A stretch of DNA of 55,799 bases from an uncultured Butyrivibrio sp. (GCA_944382105.1 CALWMX010000054.1:1-55799); one strand, 5' to 3'; counted from the first letter of the stretch, positions 18,564 to 29,623 are shown. Notes: generated by a model not told the origin, from the sequence alone. Numbers and translations: made by a program.

Positions 18564-19739
18564 TTATCCCTCCATCTGTGAATTTATAATATCGGTTCCC
18601 ATAGGCTTTCTGACCACTGTATAACCGCTATTATCCGAATAAAATACAATCTGCACCAGCTCTCTGCTCAAAAAGAGCGCCATGCATTCCGTTACCGAGT
18701 AAGCGCCGCAGTTCTCAAATATAAACCAGTCTCCGCGGTTTATCCCGGTAAAAGCAATGCCTCTTAAAATTACGTCGTTGACAGTGCACAGCGAACCGCA
18801 TATATTCCACGGCATCTCACTGCCCGAATTATCCGTAACCAGTTTCATAAAAGGTTTTTTCATTCCCATACTCTGACCGTAATAATTAAGCTGGTGAATA
18901 CCTCCGTCGATTATGGCATAATTTACGCCGTCGGTATGTTTTACATCCACCACCGATGTTATATAATAACCGCAGCCGGAAGCAATAAATCTGCCCATTT
19001 CTATGGTGATTTGCTTATAACCCGATACGGCGTCAAGCAGTTTTCTCAGTTCATCCAGCTCCCAGACCTGATCTGCCGGCTTGTCGCTTTCAAAATACGT
19101 CACGGAAAGCCCCGGTCCGTATTCAAGTTCATTAAGACAGACCCCGTATGTTTCCTCAATATAATGTGAAAATTCATCCAGCATTTTCAGTTCTTTTTCT
19201 ATTTTGGACAGCTTTTTCTGTGTCCCGGAATAATAATGAAGTCCTTGCAGCTTCAAATGACTGTCATTAATTACCTTCTGCATAATATTTTCAAATTCCG
19301 CTTTGTCCACACCGAACTGATTACCGCTGGAAAGCCTTATTATAACCATGATATCCGTATTGCATTCTGAACATACTTTGGACAGTATATCATAATGCTC
19401 CATGGATTCGATGGTAAAAATACCCTTTCCCCCACTGAGCCTGATAATGCGTTCCATTGAGTCATATGTTTTGTTTACGCCGGACACGACTATTTTTTCA
19501 GGCGGTATATCCATCCTGCGGCATATTTCATATTCTCCCGGCGAACAAACCTCGTACTTGTGAATATATTCGTTCATAGGCTTTATAAGAAACGGATTGG
19601 CCTTCATTGCATAGCAGCACCTGGCGTCCCCGAGTCTGCTCTTTATAAGCTCCACACGTTCCCTGAGCATATCAAGGTCGAAGACATAGAGCGGTGAGCC
19701 AAATAGTTCTTTTGCCTGTTTCAGCTTATTAAGCTCCAC
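18564..19739 (-). CDS. Fold-type III PLP decarboxylase (LysA/BtrK-like)
   Basis: YAMKANP PLP Lys, HYYSGTQ, IEMGRF, GSLCTVND, GAYS. Confidence 0.88.
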   Translation of the reverse strand: MELNKLKQAKELFGSPLYVFDLDMLRERVELIKSRLGDARCCYAMKANPFLIKPMNEYIHKYEVCSPGEYEICRRMDIPPEKIVVSGVNKTYDSMERIIRLSGGKGIFTIESMEHYDILSKVCSECNTDIMVIIRLSSGNQFGVDKAEFENIMQKVINDSHLKLQGLHYYSGTQKKLSKIEKELKMLDEFSHYIEETYGVCLNELEYGPGLSVTYFESDKPADQVWELDELRKLLDAVSGYKQITIEMGRFIASGCGYYITSVVDVKHTDGVNYAIIDGGIHQLNYYGQSMGMKKPFMKLVTDNSGSEMPWNICGSLCTVNDVILRGIAFTGINRGDWFIFENCGAYSVTECMALFLSRELVQIVFYSDNSGYTVVRKPMGTDIINSQMEG

Positions 19740-21252
19740 GTTTTTTTCCCCCTTTATACTGTTCTTTCAGATATGCCCTGTCAAGCTTGCCGTTTTTGGT
19801 GAGCGGCATCTCCTTCACCTGCATGAAAACGTTCGGTATCATAAATTCAGGTACCTTTGTTTTCATAATTTTTATTATATCTGTGCGCTCGGCGCCGCCC
19901 TCATAGAAGGTTACAATTTTATTTTTTACATCATCAAAAAATGTGCAGGCTCTCTCAACGCCGTCTATACCGTTTATTGCGGCGTCTATCTCCTCAAGTT
20001 CTATTCTGTGGCCCATATGCTTGATTTGAAAATCCTTGCGTCCCGCAAAATACATAAGCCCGTCATCCCCGTATGAGGCAAGGTCACCGGTTCTGTATAT
20101 AATCTCAGAAAAATTCCTGTTGAGAGGATTCTGTACAAAAGCTTTGGCCGTCATTTCAGGATTATTATAATATCCCAGCGCAAGCGCCGTACCTGTCACG
20201 CACACCTCTCCGGTCACTCCGGCTTTTGTCACAAGCTTATCGTTCTCATCCAGCAGGAAAACCCGCTCGTTAGGAAAAGCTTTTCCCATAGGAAGTCTGT
20301 CATCATCTTCATATTCTCTGTCCAATATGTGATAAGTACAGTTGCATGTAATCTCCGTGGGGCCGTACAGGTTTACGAACAAAGCGTCCGGGTAACATGC
20401 ACGCCATGCGTTGAGCTGCTTAATCGGCATCATCTCTCCGCTGAACATTATCTTGTTAATCCGGGAGGGAACTTTATATTTAAGTCCGTGCAGCCTGTTG
20501 AGCAGACAGAGTGCAGATACAGCCCAGATAAGCGTTGTCACGCCGTTGTCCTCAAGCATATCGACAACATTATTTGGAAACATAAAATATGACTTCGGTA
20601 TTATTACAAGCGTTGCTCCGGTACTCAGACATGAATATATATCCTTTACCGACACATCGAAATCAAACGGCGCCTGATTACCGATAACATCCTTGTCATT
20701 AATCCCGAATATGCCGGTAAAATTATCTATAAAATCAATAACCGAACGATGGCAGATTACGACGCCCTTCGGTACTCCCGTGGAACCGGATGTAAAGATA
20801 CCGTAAAGCGGGTCCGTGTCAAGAGTCTGTTTTCTTACGGCGTCAAGCGCTTTATCATCTATTTCACTGTGAATCCCGCGTATATCCGCTGCCGCGCCGC
20901 TGTATCCGGCCTTCCTCAGCTTATCCATATATTCCGGCTCGGTCAGAACCATGGCCGGAGCCAGAACATCCAGTATCTGCTCTATTCTCTGCTGCGGAAA
21001 AGACGGGTCCAATAAAACATAAAAGCAGCCGGCATAAACAATTCCCATAAATACCTTAAGGATTTCAACGCTTTTTTCCGCGAAGACAACCACTGGCCTG
21101 CGCACCTGAACATATTCCGTCAGATAAGAGCCTACCTGTCGGGCTCTTAAATAAAGTTCGCCGTAGGTACATTGTGCATGTTCATCTCTGACTGCTGTTT
21201 TATCAGGAAATCGCTCATATGAGCGTTCCAGATATTCCAATACGTTATTCAT
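19729..21252 (-). CDS. Stand-alone amino acid adenylation domain protein (DltA-like)
   Basis: FTSGSTGVPKG, NQAPFDFDVS, YGPTE, YRTGDL, PLTKNGKLDR; GGAGG RBS before MNNVLE. Confidence 0.93.
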   Translation of the reverse strand: MNNVLEYLERSYERFPDKTAVRDEHAQCTYGELYLRARQVGSYLTEYVQVRRPVVVFAEKSVEILKVFMGIVYAGCFYVLLDPSFPQQRIEQILDVLAPAMVLTEPEYMDKLRKAGYSGAAADIRGIHSEIDDKALDAVRKQTLDTDPLYGIFTSGSTGVPKGVVICHRSVIDFIDNFTGIFGINDKDVIGNQAPFDFDVSVKDIYSCLSTGATLVIIPKSYFMFPNNVVDMLEDNGVTTLIWAVSALCLLNRLHGLKYKVPSRINKIMFSGEMMPIKQLNAWRACYPDALFVNLYGPTEITCNCTYHILDREYEDDDRLPMGKAFPNERVFLLDENDKLVTKAGVTGEVCVTGTALALGYYNNPEMTAKAFVQNPLNRNFSEIIYRTGDLASYGDDGLMYFAGRKDFQIKHMGHRIELEEIDAAINGIDGVERACTFFDDVKNKIVTFYEGGAERTDIIKIMKTKVPEFMIPNVFMQVKEMPLTKNGKLDRAYLKEQYKGGKKRGA

Positions 21253-21453
21253 TTTTCCCTCCCATATTTGCGCTTTTCCAACTGTACTATTGGGCATAGT
21301 ACAGTTTTCAAATTTAATATACCACCGACAGCATACAGTGTCAATATAATTCTTATAAAACACATAAAAAACACAAAATAATACAAAAAACAGGCCGGCG
21401 CATTATCGATATCAAATCGTAGTGCGTCAGCCTGCAAATCAGCATACATTCCG

Positions 21454-23985
21454 TCAGGTTGTAAACATCTGTATTGCGTTTTCAAGTTCTTTTGCCTTAG
21501 CCGTCAGTTCCTCAGCCCTTACGCTTAATGCCTCAACAGCAGAAACCTCCGCCTGAACGGTATCCTTAACCGTCGTAGTTGAAGCGCTTGTTTCCTCCGT
21601 AACCGCAGCAATATTCTTGATTGTGTCAAGCACGCGGTCCTTATTCTCCGTAATCGCATGCATACTGTCAAGTATCACGTTAATTTCTCTAAGCAGTTCA
21701 TCAAACTGTGAACCCACCTTACCAAACATGTCAACCGTTCCGTTAAGCGCCTTTGACTGGCTCTTGAGCATTTCTCCCGCATCTCCTGCCGATGCTGCGG
21801 TTTTTCTTGTCTGGTTCTGGATATTTTTGATTATCTCTTCGATATCCTTAACAGCTAAAACCGACTGGTCCGCCAGTTTTCTTATCTCGTCTGCCACTAC
21901 CGCAAAGCCCTTGCCCGCTGTTCCTGCTCTCGCCGCCTCAATTGAAGCATTGAGAGAAAGAAGATTCGTCTGTTTTGCTATACCGTTTATGGTTTCAATA
22001 ACGCTTCCTATGTCCGCCGATTTATGTTCAAGCTCTTCAATGTCCGTGATGATGGTTTCCGTAAGCTCTGCCGTAGACAGTGACTGGAGTTTCAAATCGC
22101 CTACTATGGTGCTTCCCTCTTCTACCAGCTCCTTGGTAGTCTTTGCAACGCTTCCGATAACCTCTGCTTTCTTTGATACTTCATTTATACTTTCGGCGAA
22201 ATCTTCCATCTGATGATATCCGTTTTCTGTATCCTGAACCTGGGATACTACGCCTGCATCCATATCAGCCATGGCAGTTGATACATTTCGTATGGAATCA
22301 CTGATATATGAAGCGGCATCGGAAAGCTCCTCAGCGGCATCGGATACGGCATGTCCGAAGCCCGCCACATCCGTAACAAGGCCTCTTATCCTTCCAATCA
22401 TCTCATTGGTATCATCGGCCATAACTCCGAATTCATCCTGCCTTTTAAGCTTAAGCTCCGCCGTAAGATCTCCCTTGGCAACCTTTCTGAAAGACCTGGA
22501 AAATTCTCCCGTTGCCTTTGCGATTCCTCCTGCCGTATAAAGACCGATAAGCAGCGCAACTATCGTTCCCACAATAACAAATGCAAATGTAAGAACTTTT
22601 ATCGCGGTTACCGATGTAAGTATATCGCTCTCGGGTATTACACAGCATACCATTGTTCCGGTATCTCCCACTTTGGAGTATACAAACAACTGTTTCCTGC
22701 CGTTGAACGTAACATATTCGCTTCCGTTTTCCTCGCTGCCGTTCATGGCGTCATTCCAGAAATCTTTCCCCGTAAACACTGCCTCGTCAAAGGTCCTGTC
22801 CTCATCTCCCGTAACGATTGTTTCCCTTCCGTCTGCCGTAACAAATGCAGCCAGCGTATTATCGCTTACAACTGAGGATTCAAGAGTGTTTTTAACCTCC
22901 GAGGACTTCATGTCGACTATCGCATAGCCCACCCCGTCGGTAAATTTTCTGATATATGTGGCGGAATAATAATCCGTATTCAAATCCATTGTGCTGTCTA
23001 TGTAGTCATGCTTTCCGAACCACCCTCTCGTCTCGGACGGGTTATCGGTCCAGTACGCTCCTTCTTCCGACTGCATAAATTCTTCGTATGTCAGGGTTCC
23101 TCCGCTTGTATTCAGTACAGTTGTGACAGGCCTGCCAAGCTCACCGATAAGGGTAGCAGATTCAATTCCCACGGCACTCTGGGTAAGAGTACCCATAATA
23201 GTGGAAATATTCCTGTAATAGGTTGAGTTTTCATTGTCTGAATTAGTGTCAAACATCATGTAATAGTATTTAACATTATCCTCCACAACCATCTGGTTGG
23301 CTCTGTTCACAATGTCCGACATAATCAGGTTTATGTAATTTGCACTGCTGTCAATCGTACTGACCGCGGTCGTCTCATAATTGCTTACTATAGTGGATTT
23401 CGCTGTGTTATACGATATCACACCCAGAAGGACTATAAAAAGCACAGGCACAAGGAACGATATCACAAGCCTGAACTTAATCTGCTTTGTCAAAGGCCTG
23501 CTCTTGTCCCTTCCTGACAAAATCATTTCTATAAAAGCCTTTATTCTGGAAGTCTTTACCTCCGTTGAAGCCGTTTCAATCTCCGACACTGCATATTCCG
23601 CAGTCTGATTGTCCTCCGCACTATTTGCCGCATCCGGAACAGCACTTATGTTTCCGGCTTTTTTTGTCTTGGCAGCCTTTTCTTTTTTGGCTTTGGTTTC
23701 CTTGGGAGCTTTTTCCTTTTTAGCCTTCGGCTCCTTTGGCGCTTTCTCCTTTTTAGCCTTCGGTTCCTTCGGCGCTTTCTCCTTTTTTGCCTTCGGCTCC
23801 TTTGGCGCCTTTTCCTTTCCGGCCTTTAACGCTTTGGTTTTTTTGCCTTTATCGGATTCCCGTCCATTGGCGTTTTCTTCGTTATCTGCGGTATCGGTAT
23901 TTTCCGCAGCCAAATCTATGACAACATCCTCCGGAATATTATCAGAAACATTCTGCTCCTTATTTCCCGTAATTTCCTCACTCAT
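21454..23985 (-). CDS. Methyl-accepting chemotaxis protein (TM-Cache-TM-HAMP-signalling) with long N-terminal extension
   Basis: [34 protein letters not shown]; HAMP VAKGDLT..DEFG; two TM helices. Confidence 0.95.
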   Translation of the reverse strand: MSEEITGNKEQNVSDNIPEDVVIDLAAENTDTADNEENANGRESDKGKKTKALKAGKEKAPKEPKAKKEKAPKEPKAKKEKAPKEPKAKKEKAPKETKAKKEKAAKTKKAGNISAVPDAANSAEDNQTAEYAVSEIETASTEVKTSRIKAFIEMILSGRDKSRPLTKQIKFRLVISFLVPVLFIVLLGVISYNTAKSTIVSNYETTAVSTIDSSANYINLIMSDIVNRANQMVVEDNVKYYYMMFDTNSDNENSTYYRNISTIMGTLTQSAVGIESATLIGELGRPVTTVLNTSGGTLTYEEFMQSEEGAYWTDNPSETRGWFGKHDYIDSTMDLNTDYYSATYIRKFTDGVGYAIVDMKSSEVKNTLESSVVSDNTLAAFVTADGRETIVTGDEDRTFDEAVFTGKDFWNDAMNGSEENGSEYVTFNGRKQLFVYSKVGDTGTMVCCVIPESDILTSVTAIKVLTFAFVIVGTIVALLIGLYTAGGIAKATGEFSRSFRKVAKGDLTAELKLKRQDEFGVMADDTNEMIGRIRGLVTDVAGFGHAVSDAAEELSDAASYISDSIRNVSTAMADMDAGVVSQVQDTENGYHQMEDFAESINEVSKKAEVIGSVAKTTKELVEEGSTIVGDLKLQSLSTAELTETIITDIEELEHKSADIGSVIETINGIAKQTNLLSLNASIEAARAGTAGKGFAVVADEIRKLADQSVLAVKDIEEIIKNIQNQTRKTAASAGDAGEMLKSQSKALNGTVDMFGKVGSQFDELLREINVILDSMHAITENKDRVLDTIKNIAAVTEETSASTTTVKDTVQAEVSAVEALSVRAEELTAKAKELENAIQMFTT
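23674..23817 (-). repeat. 33-bp tandem repeat (~4.4 copies) encoding [11 protein letters not shown]
   Basis: Visible in DNA and protein; synonymous divergence between copies. Confidence 0.92.
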
Positions 23986-24284
23986 ACCTACATCTCCTTA
24001 TCTGCAAAATAGTAATGTACAGCATTATTTTACTCCATTCTGCCGCATGTAAAACACAGCAATAATTATACATTTAATATATAACTTTTTCCACATTTTA
24101 CCGCGATATTTTGATTTATTCCTCACCGGTGTTCTCAAAAATACCCTGCCGTATTATTATCACAGTAATTCCGCCGTTTTCTGTTTCTTCCGTAATTAAG
24201 GGATATAGCAGAATTCCACATTCCATAATGAAATTTCCCTAAAAAGAAATGTAAAAGATATGAAATTTTTTCAGTACAAGCCGT

Positions 24285-24313
24285 TTGTGAATATTACTCT
24301 TATTTGGTATAAT
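24285..24313 (+). promoter_or_regulatory. Sigma-A promoter (extended -10) of xfp
   Basis: TTGTGA-N17-TATAAT preceded by TG. Confidence 0.7.
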
Positions 24314-24463
24314 GTTGCCGGTACAGGTTTGGACGCCGGCGGGCTGTTATATTATGACAGCGGACATCCTGACGGAATTTGCTCCGGAGTACGTCCTGCC
24401 TGATAAATACATCATAATTACCCCTGATTAAGCCGGGGAATGTTATATAAGAAAGGAGTTTTT

Positions 24464-26839
24464 ATGGCAGCAAAAGATTGCATCGAGAAACAGCCTCTGA
24501 CTGACGATTATCTCGAGAAAATGAATGCATACTGGCGGGCAGCAAATTATCTGTCGGCAGCCCAGCTTTACATGCTTGATAATCCTCTTTTAAGAGAGCC
24601 GCTGACAAGAGATCAGGTCAAGAAAAAAATAGTAGGACACTGGGGAACCGTTCCGGGACAGAACTTTGTGTACACCCATCTTAACCGTGTTATCAAAAGA
24701 TATGACCTTGACATGATTCTGATATCCGGTCCCGGACACGGCGGTAATTTTTTCGTAGCCAACTCATACCTTGAGGGAAGCTACAGTGAGGTCTATCCTA
24801 ACGTAAGTCAGGATTACGAGGGAATGAAAAGGCTCTGCAAGCAGTTTTCTTTTCCGGGAGGCATTTCAAGCCATGTTGCGCCTGAAACGCCGGGTTCAAT
24901 CAATGAAGGCGGAGAGCTGGGTTATTCCATTGCACATGCATTCGGCTCCGTATTTGACAATCCGGACCTTATCACGGCCTGCATAGTCGGCGATGGCGAG
25001 GCTGAGACAGGACCGCTTGCTACTGCATGGCATTCCAATAAGTTCCTTAATCCTGTGACTGACGGAGCGGTTCTTCCGATCCTTCATCTTAACGGATATA
25101 AAATCAACAATCCTACCATATTTGCACGTATTTCACATGACGAGGTTGAAAGCTTCTTCCACGGATGCGGCTGGAAACCTTATTTTGTCGAGGGCGACGA
25201 CCCTATGACAATGCACAGGCTTATGGCCGAAACTCTCAACACGGTAATTGAGGAAATCAAGGAAATACAGAGAAAGGCAAGAGAAGAGGGATGTACCGAA
25301 CGCCCGTTCTGGCCTATGATTGTACTCCGCACGCCTAAGGGATGGACAGGTCCTAAGACAGTTGACGGACTTCAGATTGAGGGCAGCTTCCGTGCACATC
25401 AGGTTCCTATTATGATGGATAAGCCGGAACACCTTGATTTGCTTAAGGACTGGCTGTTAAGTTACAAACCGGATGAACTTTTTGATGAGAATTACAGACT
25501 TATCCCTGAACTTCGTGCCCTCTGCCCTGAAGGCGACGCACGTATCAGCTCAAACCCTCATGCCAACGGAGGAAAGCTCCTCCGCGATTTAAGGCTTCCT
25601 GATTTCACCAAATATGCCGTTGAAGTCAGAAAACCCGGCGAAACAATTGCGCAGGATATGCTTGAGCTTGGCGGATATGTCAGAGATGTATTCAAGCTTA
25701 ACGAGGATTCTAAGAACTTCCGTATTTTCGGACCCGATGAATCAATGTCCAACAGGCTCTACAAGGCTTTTGAGGCCACAAACAGGGATTTCAATGCAGA
25801 AATTATAGATACGGATGACTGCCTTGCCCGCGACGGACGTATAATGGATGCCTACTTAAGCGAACACATGTGCGAGGGATGGCTTGAAGGATATCTCCTT
25901 ACGGGACGTCACGGTTTCTTTGCAAGCTACGAGGCGTTCATCAGAGTTATCGATTCAATGGCAGCTCAGCACGCTAAATGGCTCAAGGTATGCAATGACC
26001 TTCCTTGGAGGCAGAAAATAGCGTCGCTCAACCTTATACTTACCTCCAACGTATGGCAGCAGGACCACAACGGATTTACGCATCAGGATCCGGGCTTCCT
26101 TGACCATATCGCCAACAAAAAAGCGGACGTTGTCCGCATGTATCTCCCTCCTGATGCAAACTGCCTTCTTTCATGTTTTGACCACTGCATTAAGAGCAAA
26201 AACTATGTGAACGTCATAGTGGCTTCCAAACATCCAAGCCGTCAGTGGCTCACAATGGAACAGGCCGTAAAGCACTGCACACAGGGCGTAAGCATCTGGG
26301 ATTGGGCAAGCAACGATCAGGGAGAAGAGCCGGATCTCGTTATGGCATGCTGCGGCGACACTCCTACGCTTGAAGCTCTTGCCGCAACCACAATCCTCCG
26401 TGAGAACATACCTGAGCTGAAAATAAGATTTGTCAATGTAGTCGACCTTATGAAGCTGGAGTCGCACGAGAGACATCCTCACGGTCTTACGGATGCAGAT
26501 TTCAATGCACTTTTTACCAAGGACAAACCTGTTATTTTTGCATTCCACGGTTATCCTACGCTTGTACATGAACTTACATACGGAAGATCCAACCGTAATA
26601 TGCACGTATACGGTTATCACGAGGAGGGTACCATCACAACTCCTTTTGATATGCGTGTGCAGAATAAGATTGACCGTTTCAATCTTGTTAAATCTGCTCT
26701 CAAATATCTTCCGCAGCTGGGCAACAGAGGTTCCTTCCTCACACAGAAGATGAACGACATCTTAGTGGAGCACAAGGCATATATCTCCGAATACGGCGAA
26801 GACCTTGAAATCGTAAGGAACTGGGAGTGGAATCTTTAA
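24464..26839 (+). CDS. xfp: Xylulose-5-P/fructose-6-P phosphoketolase
   Basis: [54 protein letters not shown]. Confidence 0.97.
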   Translation: MAAKDCIEKQPLTDDYLEKMNAYWRAANYLSAAQLYMLDNPLLREPLTRDQVKKKIVGHWGTVPGQNFVYTHLNRVIKRYDLDMILISGPGHGGNFFVANSYLEGSYSEVYPNVSQDYEGMKRLCKQFSFPGGISSHVAPETPGSINEGGELGYSIAHAFGSVFDNPDLITACIVGDGEAETGPLATAWHSNKFLNPVTDGAVLPILHLNGYKINNPTIFARISHDEVESFFHGCGWKPYFVEGDDPMTMHRLMAETLNTVIEEIKEIQRKAREEGCTERPFWPMIVLRTPKGWTGPKTVDGLQIEGSFRAHQVPIMMDKPEHLDLLKDWLLSYKPDELFDENYRLIPELRALCPEGDARISSNPHANGGKLLRDLRLPDFTKYAVEVRKPGETIAQDMLELGGYVRDVFKLNEDSKNFRIFGPDESMSNRLYKAFEATNRDFNAEIIDTDDCLARDGRIMDAYLSEHMCEGWLEGYLLTGRHGFFASYEAFIRVIDSMAAQHAKWLKVCNDLPWRQKIASLNLILTSNVWQQDHNGFTHQDPGFLDHIANKKADVVRMYLPPDANCLLSCFDHCIKSKNYVNVIVASKHPSRQWLTMEQAVKHCTQGVSIWDWASNDQGEEPDLVMACCGDTPTLEALAATTILRENIPELKIRFVNVVDLMKLESHERHPHGLTDADFNALFTKDKPVIFAFHGYPTLVHELTYGRSNRNMHVYGYHEEGTITTPFDMRVQNKIDRFNLVKSALKYLPQLGNRGSFLTQKMNDILVEHKAYISEYGEDLEIVRNWEWNL

Positions 26840-26860
26840 AATCCCGAAAATACAGTGATA

Positions 26861-26893
26861 AAAAATCCGGTCAGGGCTTCTGACCGGATTTTT
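26861..26893 (+). terminator. Rho-independent terminator
   Basis: AAAAATCCGGTCAG-loop-CTGACCGGATTTTT. Confidence 0.88.
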
Positions 26894-27153
26894 GCTTTTT
26901 CATTTAACCTATAAAGCTTTGTTTAGTTTTAACTTTCTTTATGTCTGTTGAAATATTTATCCAGCCCGTTAATCTTTATCATCCATCCCATCTCCATTCC
27001 CATATATTAAAGCACACCTTATGTAGATAATAACATTCGTATAATATTTTAAAAATCTAAAAATTACACCTGCATACCATTGTAAATTAGATATCATTTC
27101 ACAATAGCGGCACTTATGAATATATTAAATTATCGAATTTTAAGGAGGCTTCA

Positions 27154-28140
27154 ATGAAGAAGAAAATTTTTGCTGTGATAACGGCGGCAGCCGCCGTTGT
27201 CATGTGCTGCACAGGATGCGGCAAAAAAGACAATACAGGACTTACCAAGGTCACGCTCAATGAGGTGGCACACTCGATATTTTACGCACCTCAGTATGTG
27301 GCCATAGAGCTTGGATATTTTGAAGATGAAGGTATAGACCTGACAGTGGAAACCGGCTTCGGCGCCGACAAAACCATGACCGCGCTGCTGTCCGGCAATG
27401 CAGATATAGGTTTTATGGGTTCTGAATCAAGCATATACACATATGCCCAGGGCGCCGAGGATTATGCCGTAAATTTTGCACAGCTTACGCAGCGGGCGGG
27501 CAATTTCCTTGTTGCACGCGAAAAGACGGATGATTTTGACTGGAATGACCTTAAAGGGAAAACCGTACTCGGCGGAAGAGCAGGCGGAATGCCTGAAATG
27601 GTTTTTGAATATGTTTTAAAGAGCAAAGGAATAGACCCGGAAACTGACCTTGAGATAGTACAGAATATCGATTTCGGTCTGACAGGGGGAGCTTTCTCCG
27701 GCGGAAGCGGGGATTATACTGTTGAGTTCGAGCCCGGCGCCACCGCACTGGAGCTGGAAGGCGACGGTTATGTTGTGGCTTCCCTCGGTGTGGAAAGCGG
27801 ATACGTTCCGTATACGGCATATGCCGCCAAGAAAAGCTTCATTGAAGACAATCCTGAGATAATCGACGGATTTATAAAAGCGCTTGAAAAAGGAATGGAA
27901 TATGTGGATACTCATTCAAGCGAGGAAATAGCGGAAGTTATAGCTCCGCAGTTCGACGACACGGATATCGAGACAATCACCATTATCGTTGAACGCTACA
28001 AAGCACAGGATACCTGGAAAACCGACTCAACGTTTGAAAAGGAGGCTTTTGAGCTTCTCCAGGATATCCTTGTTGAGGCAGGAGAACTTGACGAAAGGGT
28101 TCCCTATGAAGACCTTGTAATAACTCCTAAAAAGGATTGA
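27154..28140 (+). CDS. ABC transporter substrate-binding lipoprotein (NMT1/SsuA/TauA-like)
   Basis: Lipobox CTGC; HSIFYAPQYVAIELGYFEDEG; ALLSGNADIG; DLKGKTV. Confidence 0.88.
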   Translation: MKKKIFAVITAAAAVVMCCTGCGKKDNTGLTKVTLNEVAHSIFYAPQYVAIELGYFEDEGIDLTVETGFGADKTMTALLSGNADIGFMGSESSIYTYAQGAEDYAVNFAQLTQRAGNFLVAREKTDDFDWNDLKGKTVLGGRAGGMPEMVFEYVLKSKGIDPETDLEIVQNIDFGLTGGAFSGGSGDYTVEFEPGATALELEGDGYVVASLGVESGYVPYTAYAAKKSFIEDNPEIIDGFIKALEKGMEYVDTHSSEEIAEVIAPQFDDTDIETITIIVERYKAQDTWKTDSTFEKEAFELLQDILVEAGELDERVPYEDLVITPKKD

Positions 28141-28186
28141 AAAAGTAACCGCTCCGGTCAGACTGACCGGAAAAACGGATAAAAAA

Positions 28187-28263
28187 GCTGTTTTGCCGGA
28201 AAATCGTAATGATATGACAATATAATTCCCATATCATCCCGAAGAAAAATCCGGCAAAGCAGC
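28187..28263. terminator. Long imperfect hairpin between convergent genes
   Basis: GCTGTTTTGCCGGA/TCCGGCAAAGCAGC with inner ATGATATG/CATATCAT. Confidence 0.55.
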
Positions 28264-28309
28264 AATATTTATGCGGTATTTTCAGTTGGTATTTTACGGC
28301 GGATGAGCG

Positions 28310-29224
28310 TTACAGCTTGCTTAAATTATCGAATTTAGGCATTTTCTTTTTCGCCGCTTCGGCTTTTTTCTGTTCCCCAAACTCTTCTTTTTTATAATAT
28401 ATTTTGTATATTCTCAGGGCAAAGAAAGTGACTATAACCACAACGGCTATCGTAACCAAAACTTTTGTAAGCGATGAAACAACTTCATAATTTGCCATGC
28501 TGTTAAACAGCTGTATTACAAAATATGCCGCAAAGCTGAACACATACCATCCTTTGCTTTCCTTATTCTGGTACACCGCAAAAAGGATCGCCGTAACCGC
28601 AACATGGAAAACCATCAGCGCCATTGCCGCTATTCCTATGTATAAGAAATCGGATGCCCTGTAGTTTATCATCTCAAAAATGCTCTCAAGCGTCTGGGTA
28701 AACTCCTCCTGACTCTCTGCGCTTGATAGAAGTGTTTCTATTCCCGTCTTGTTAATTGTATTGCATGATACAATAACCATGAATAAATCGACTACATACA
28801 GAAACCCTTCTGTCAGCATTATTCCCATTCCAACGGTAAAAGCGTCGGCAGCCTTATTCATGTTCTTGGCCATCATTTTCATGACGAGAAGCCTTCCAAA
28901 CATAGGCACTAGCGTAGTTACAAGCGCTATAACCGTCACAAGCACAGCCTTCACTTCAATATAGTTTTTGAGCACTGTACCGAATATAATATTGGCGATT
29001 GAGTTGGAGGCAAAGTAGAAAAATATCATATACAGCGCCACTCCCACTATAATGCCGAAGCCGCTTCCCTTTTGACGTTTCCTCACCAGCACAGACAGGA
29101 TGATAGCCATGGCAAGTATGGCTATAAGGCTTATTATTGCAGCCATTATTGTATTTCTGGGAACCTGTGCGGACAAATCATAGCCCGAGGGAAGCTCATA
29201 CTGAAGCTCTTTAAAAATATTCAT
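28310..29224 (-). CDS. Polytopic membrane protein, YhfC/PrsW-like
   Basis: 7-8 TM helices; GMGIMLTEG and MVFHVA resemble YhfC motifs. Confidence 0.5.
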   Translation of the reverse strand: MNIFKELQYELPSGYDLSAQVPRNTIMAAIISLIAILAMAIILSVLVRKRQKGSGFGIIVGVALYMIFFYFASNSIANIIFGTVLKNYIEVKAVLVTVIALVTTLVPMFGRLLVMKMMAKNMNKAADAFTVGMGIMLTEGFLYVVDLFMVIVSCNTINKTGIETLLSSAESQEEFTQTLESIFEMINYRASDFLYIGIAAMALMVFHVAVTAILFAVYQNKESKGWYVFSFAAYFVIQLFNSMANYEVVSSLTKVLVTIAVVVIVTFFALRIYKIYYKKEEFGEQKKAEAAKKKMPKFDNLSKL

Positions 29225-29254
29225 ATAGTTTTCCTTTCTGCATAATTTTGATAC

Positions 29255-29288
29255 ATAAAAGGACTATCAGTTGTCTGACAGCCCTCTC
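29255..29288 (-). terminator. Terminator of cold-shock gene
   Basis: AGGGCTGTCAG/CTGATAGTCCT + TTT. Confidence 0.7.
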
Positions 29289-29323
29289 ATAATCGTATTC
29301 AATGACAATTATATTTTCACAAA

Positions 29324-29521
29324 TTAAACTCTCTTAACGTGAACTGCCTGTGAGCCCTTGTTACCGTCAACAACATCGAATTCAACAGCCTGACCCTCGT
29401 CAAGAGTCTTAAAACCTTCCATGTCAAGCCCTGTGTAATGTACAAATACGTCATTGCCGTTCTCATCAGAAATGAAGCCATAGCCCTTCTGATTATTGAA
29501 CCACTTAACTGTACCGTTCAT
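29324..29521 (-). CDS. Cold-shock protein
   Basis: GTVKWFN..KGYGFI, DVFVHY RNP motifs. Confidence 0.97.
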   Translation of the reverse strand: MNGTVKWFNNQKGYGFISDENGNDVFVHYTGLDMEGFKTLDEGQAVEFDVVDGNKGSQAVHVKRV

Positions 29522-29572
29522 GGTATTACCTCCATAAAATTTAAAAATGTTATCGCACCCGGCGATACCACT

Positions 29573-29601
29573 AATCTATCATATAGCCCGGCATAAGTCA
29601 A
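29573..29601 (-). promoter_or_regulatory. Sigma-A promoter of cold-shock gene
   Basis: TTGACT-N17-TAGATT with extended TG. Confidence 0.6.
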
Positions 29602-29623
29602 ACAAATTCGCACCAAAACCGCA

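Noticed and set aside
18564-19739. Calling the decarboxylase lysA
   Set aside because: Embedded between the A domain and carrier genes with divergent motifs (HYYSGTQ, EYGPG) and not under the lysine riboswitch
19729-21252. Calling the operon canonical dltABCD
   Set aside because: Pocket residues differ from DltA, the MBOAT is the long AlgI type, and an extra PLP enzyme is present
23674-23817. CRISPR-like array
   Set aside because: Contiguous in-frame coding repeats with no unique spacers and no cas genes
27154-28140. Orphan substrate-binding protein as a novel system
   Set aside because: Unlinked binding-protein genes are common; partners probably lie elsewhere and there is no further evidence here
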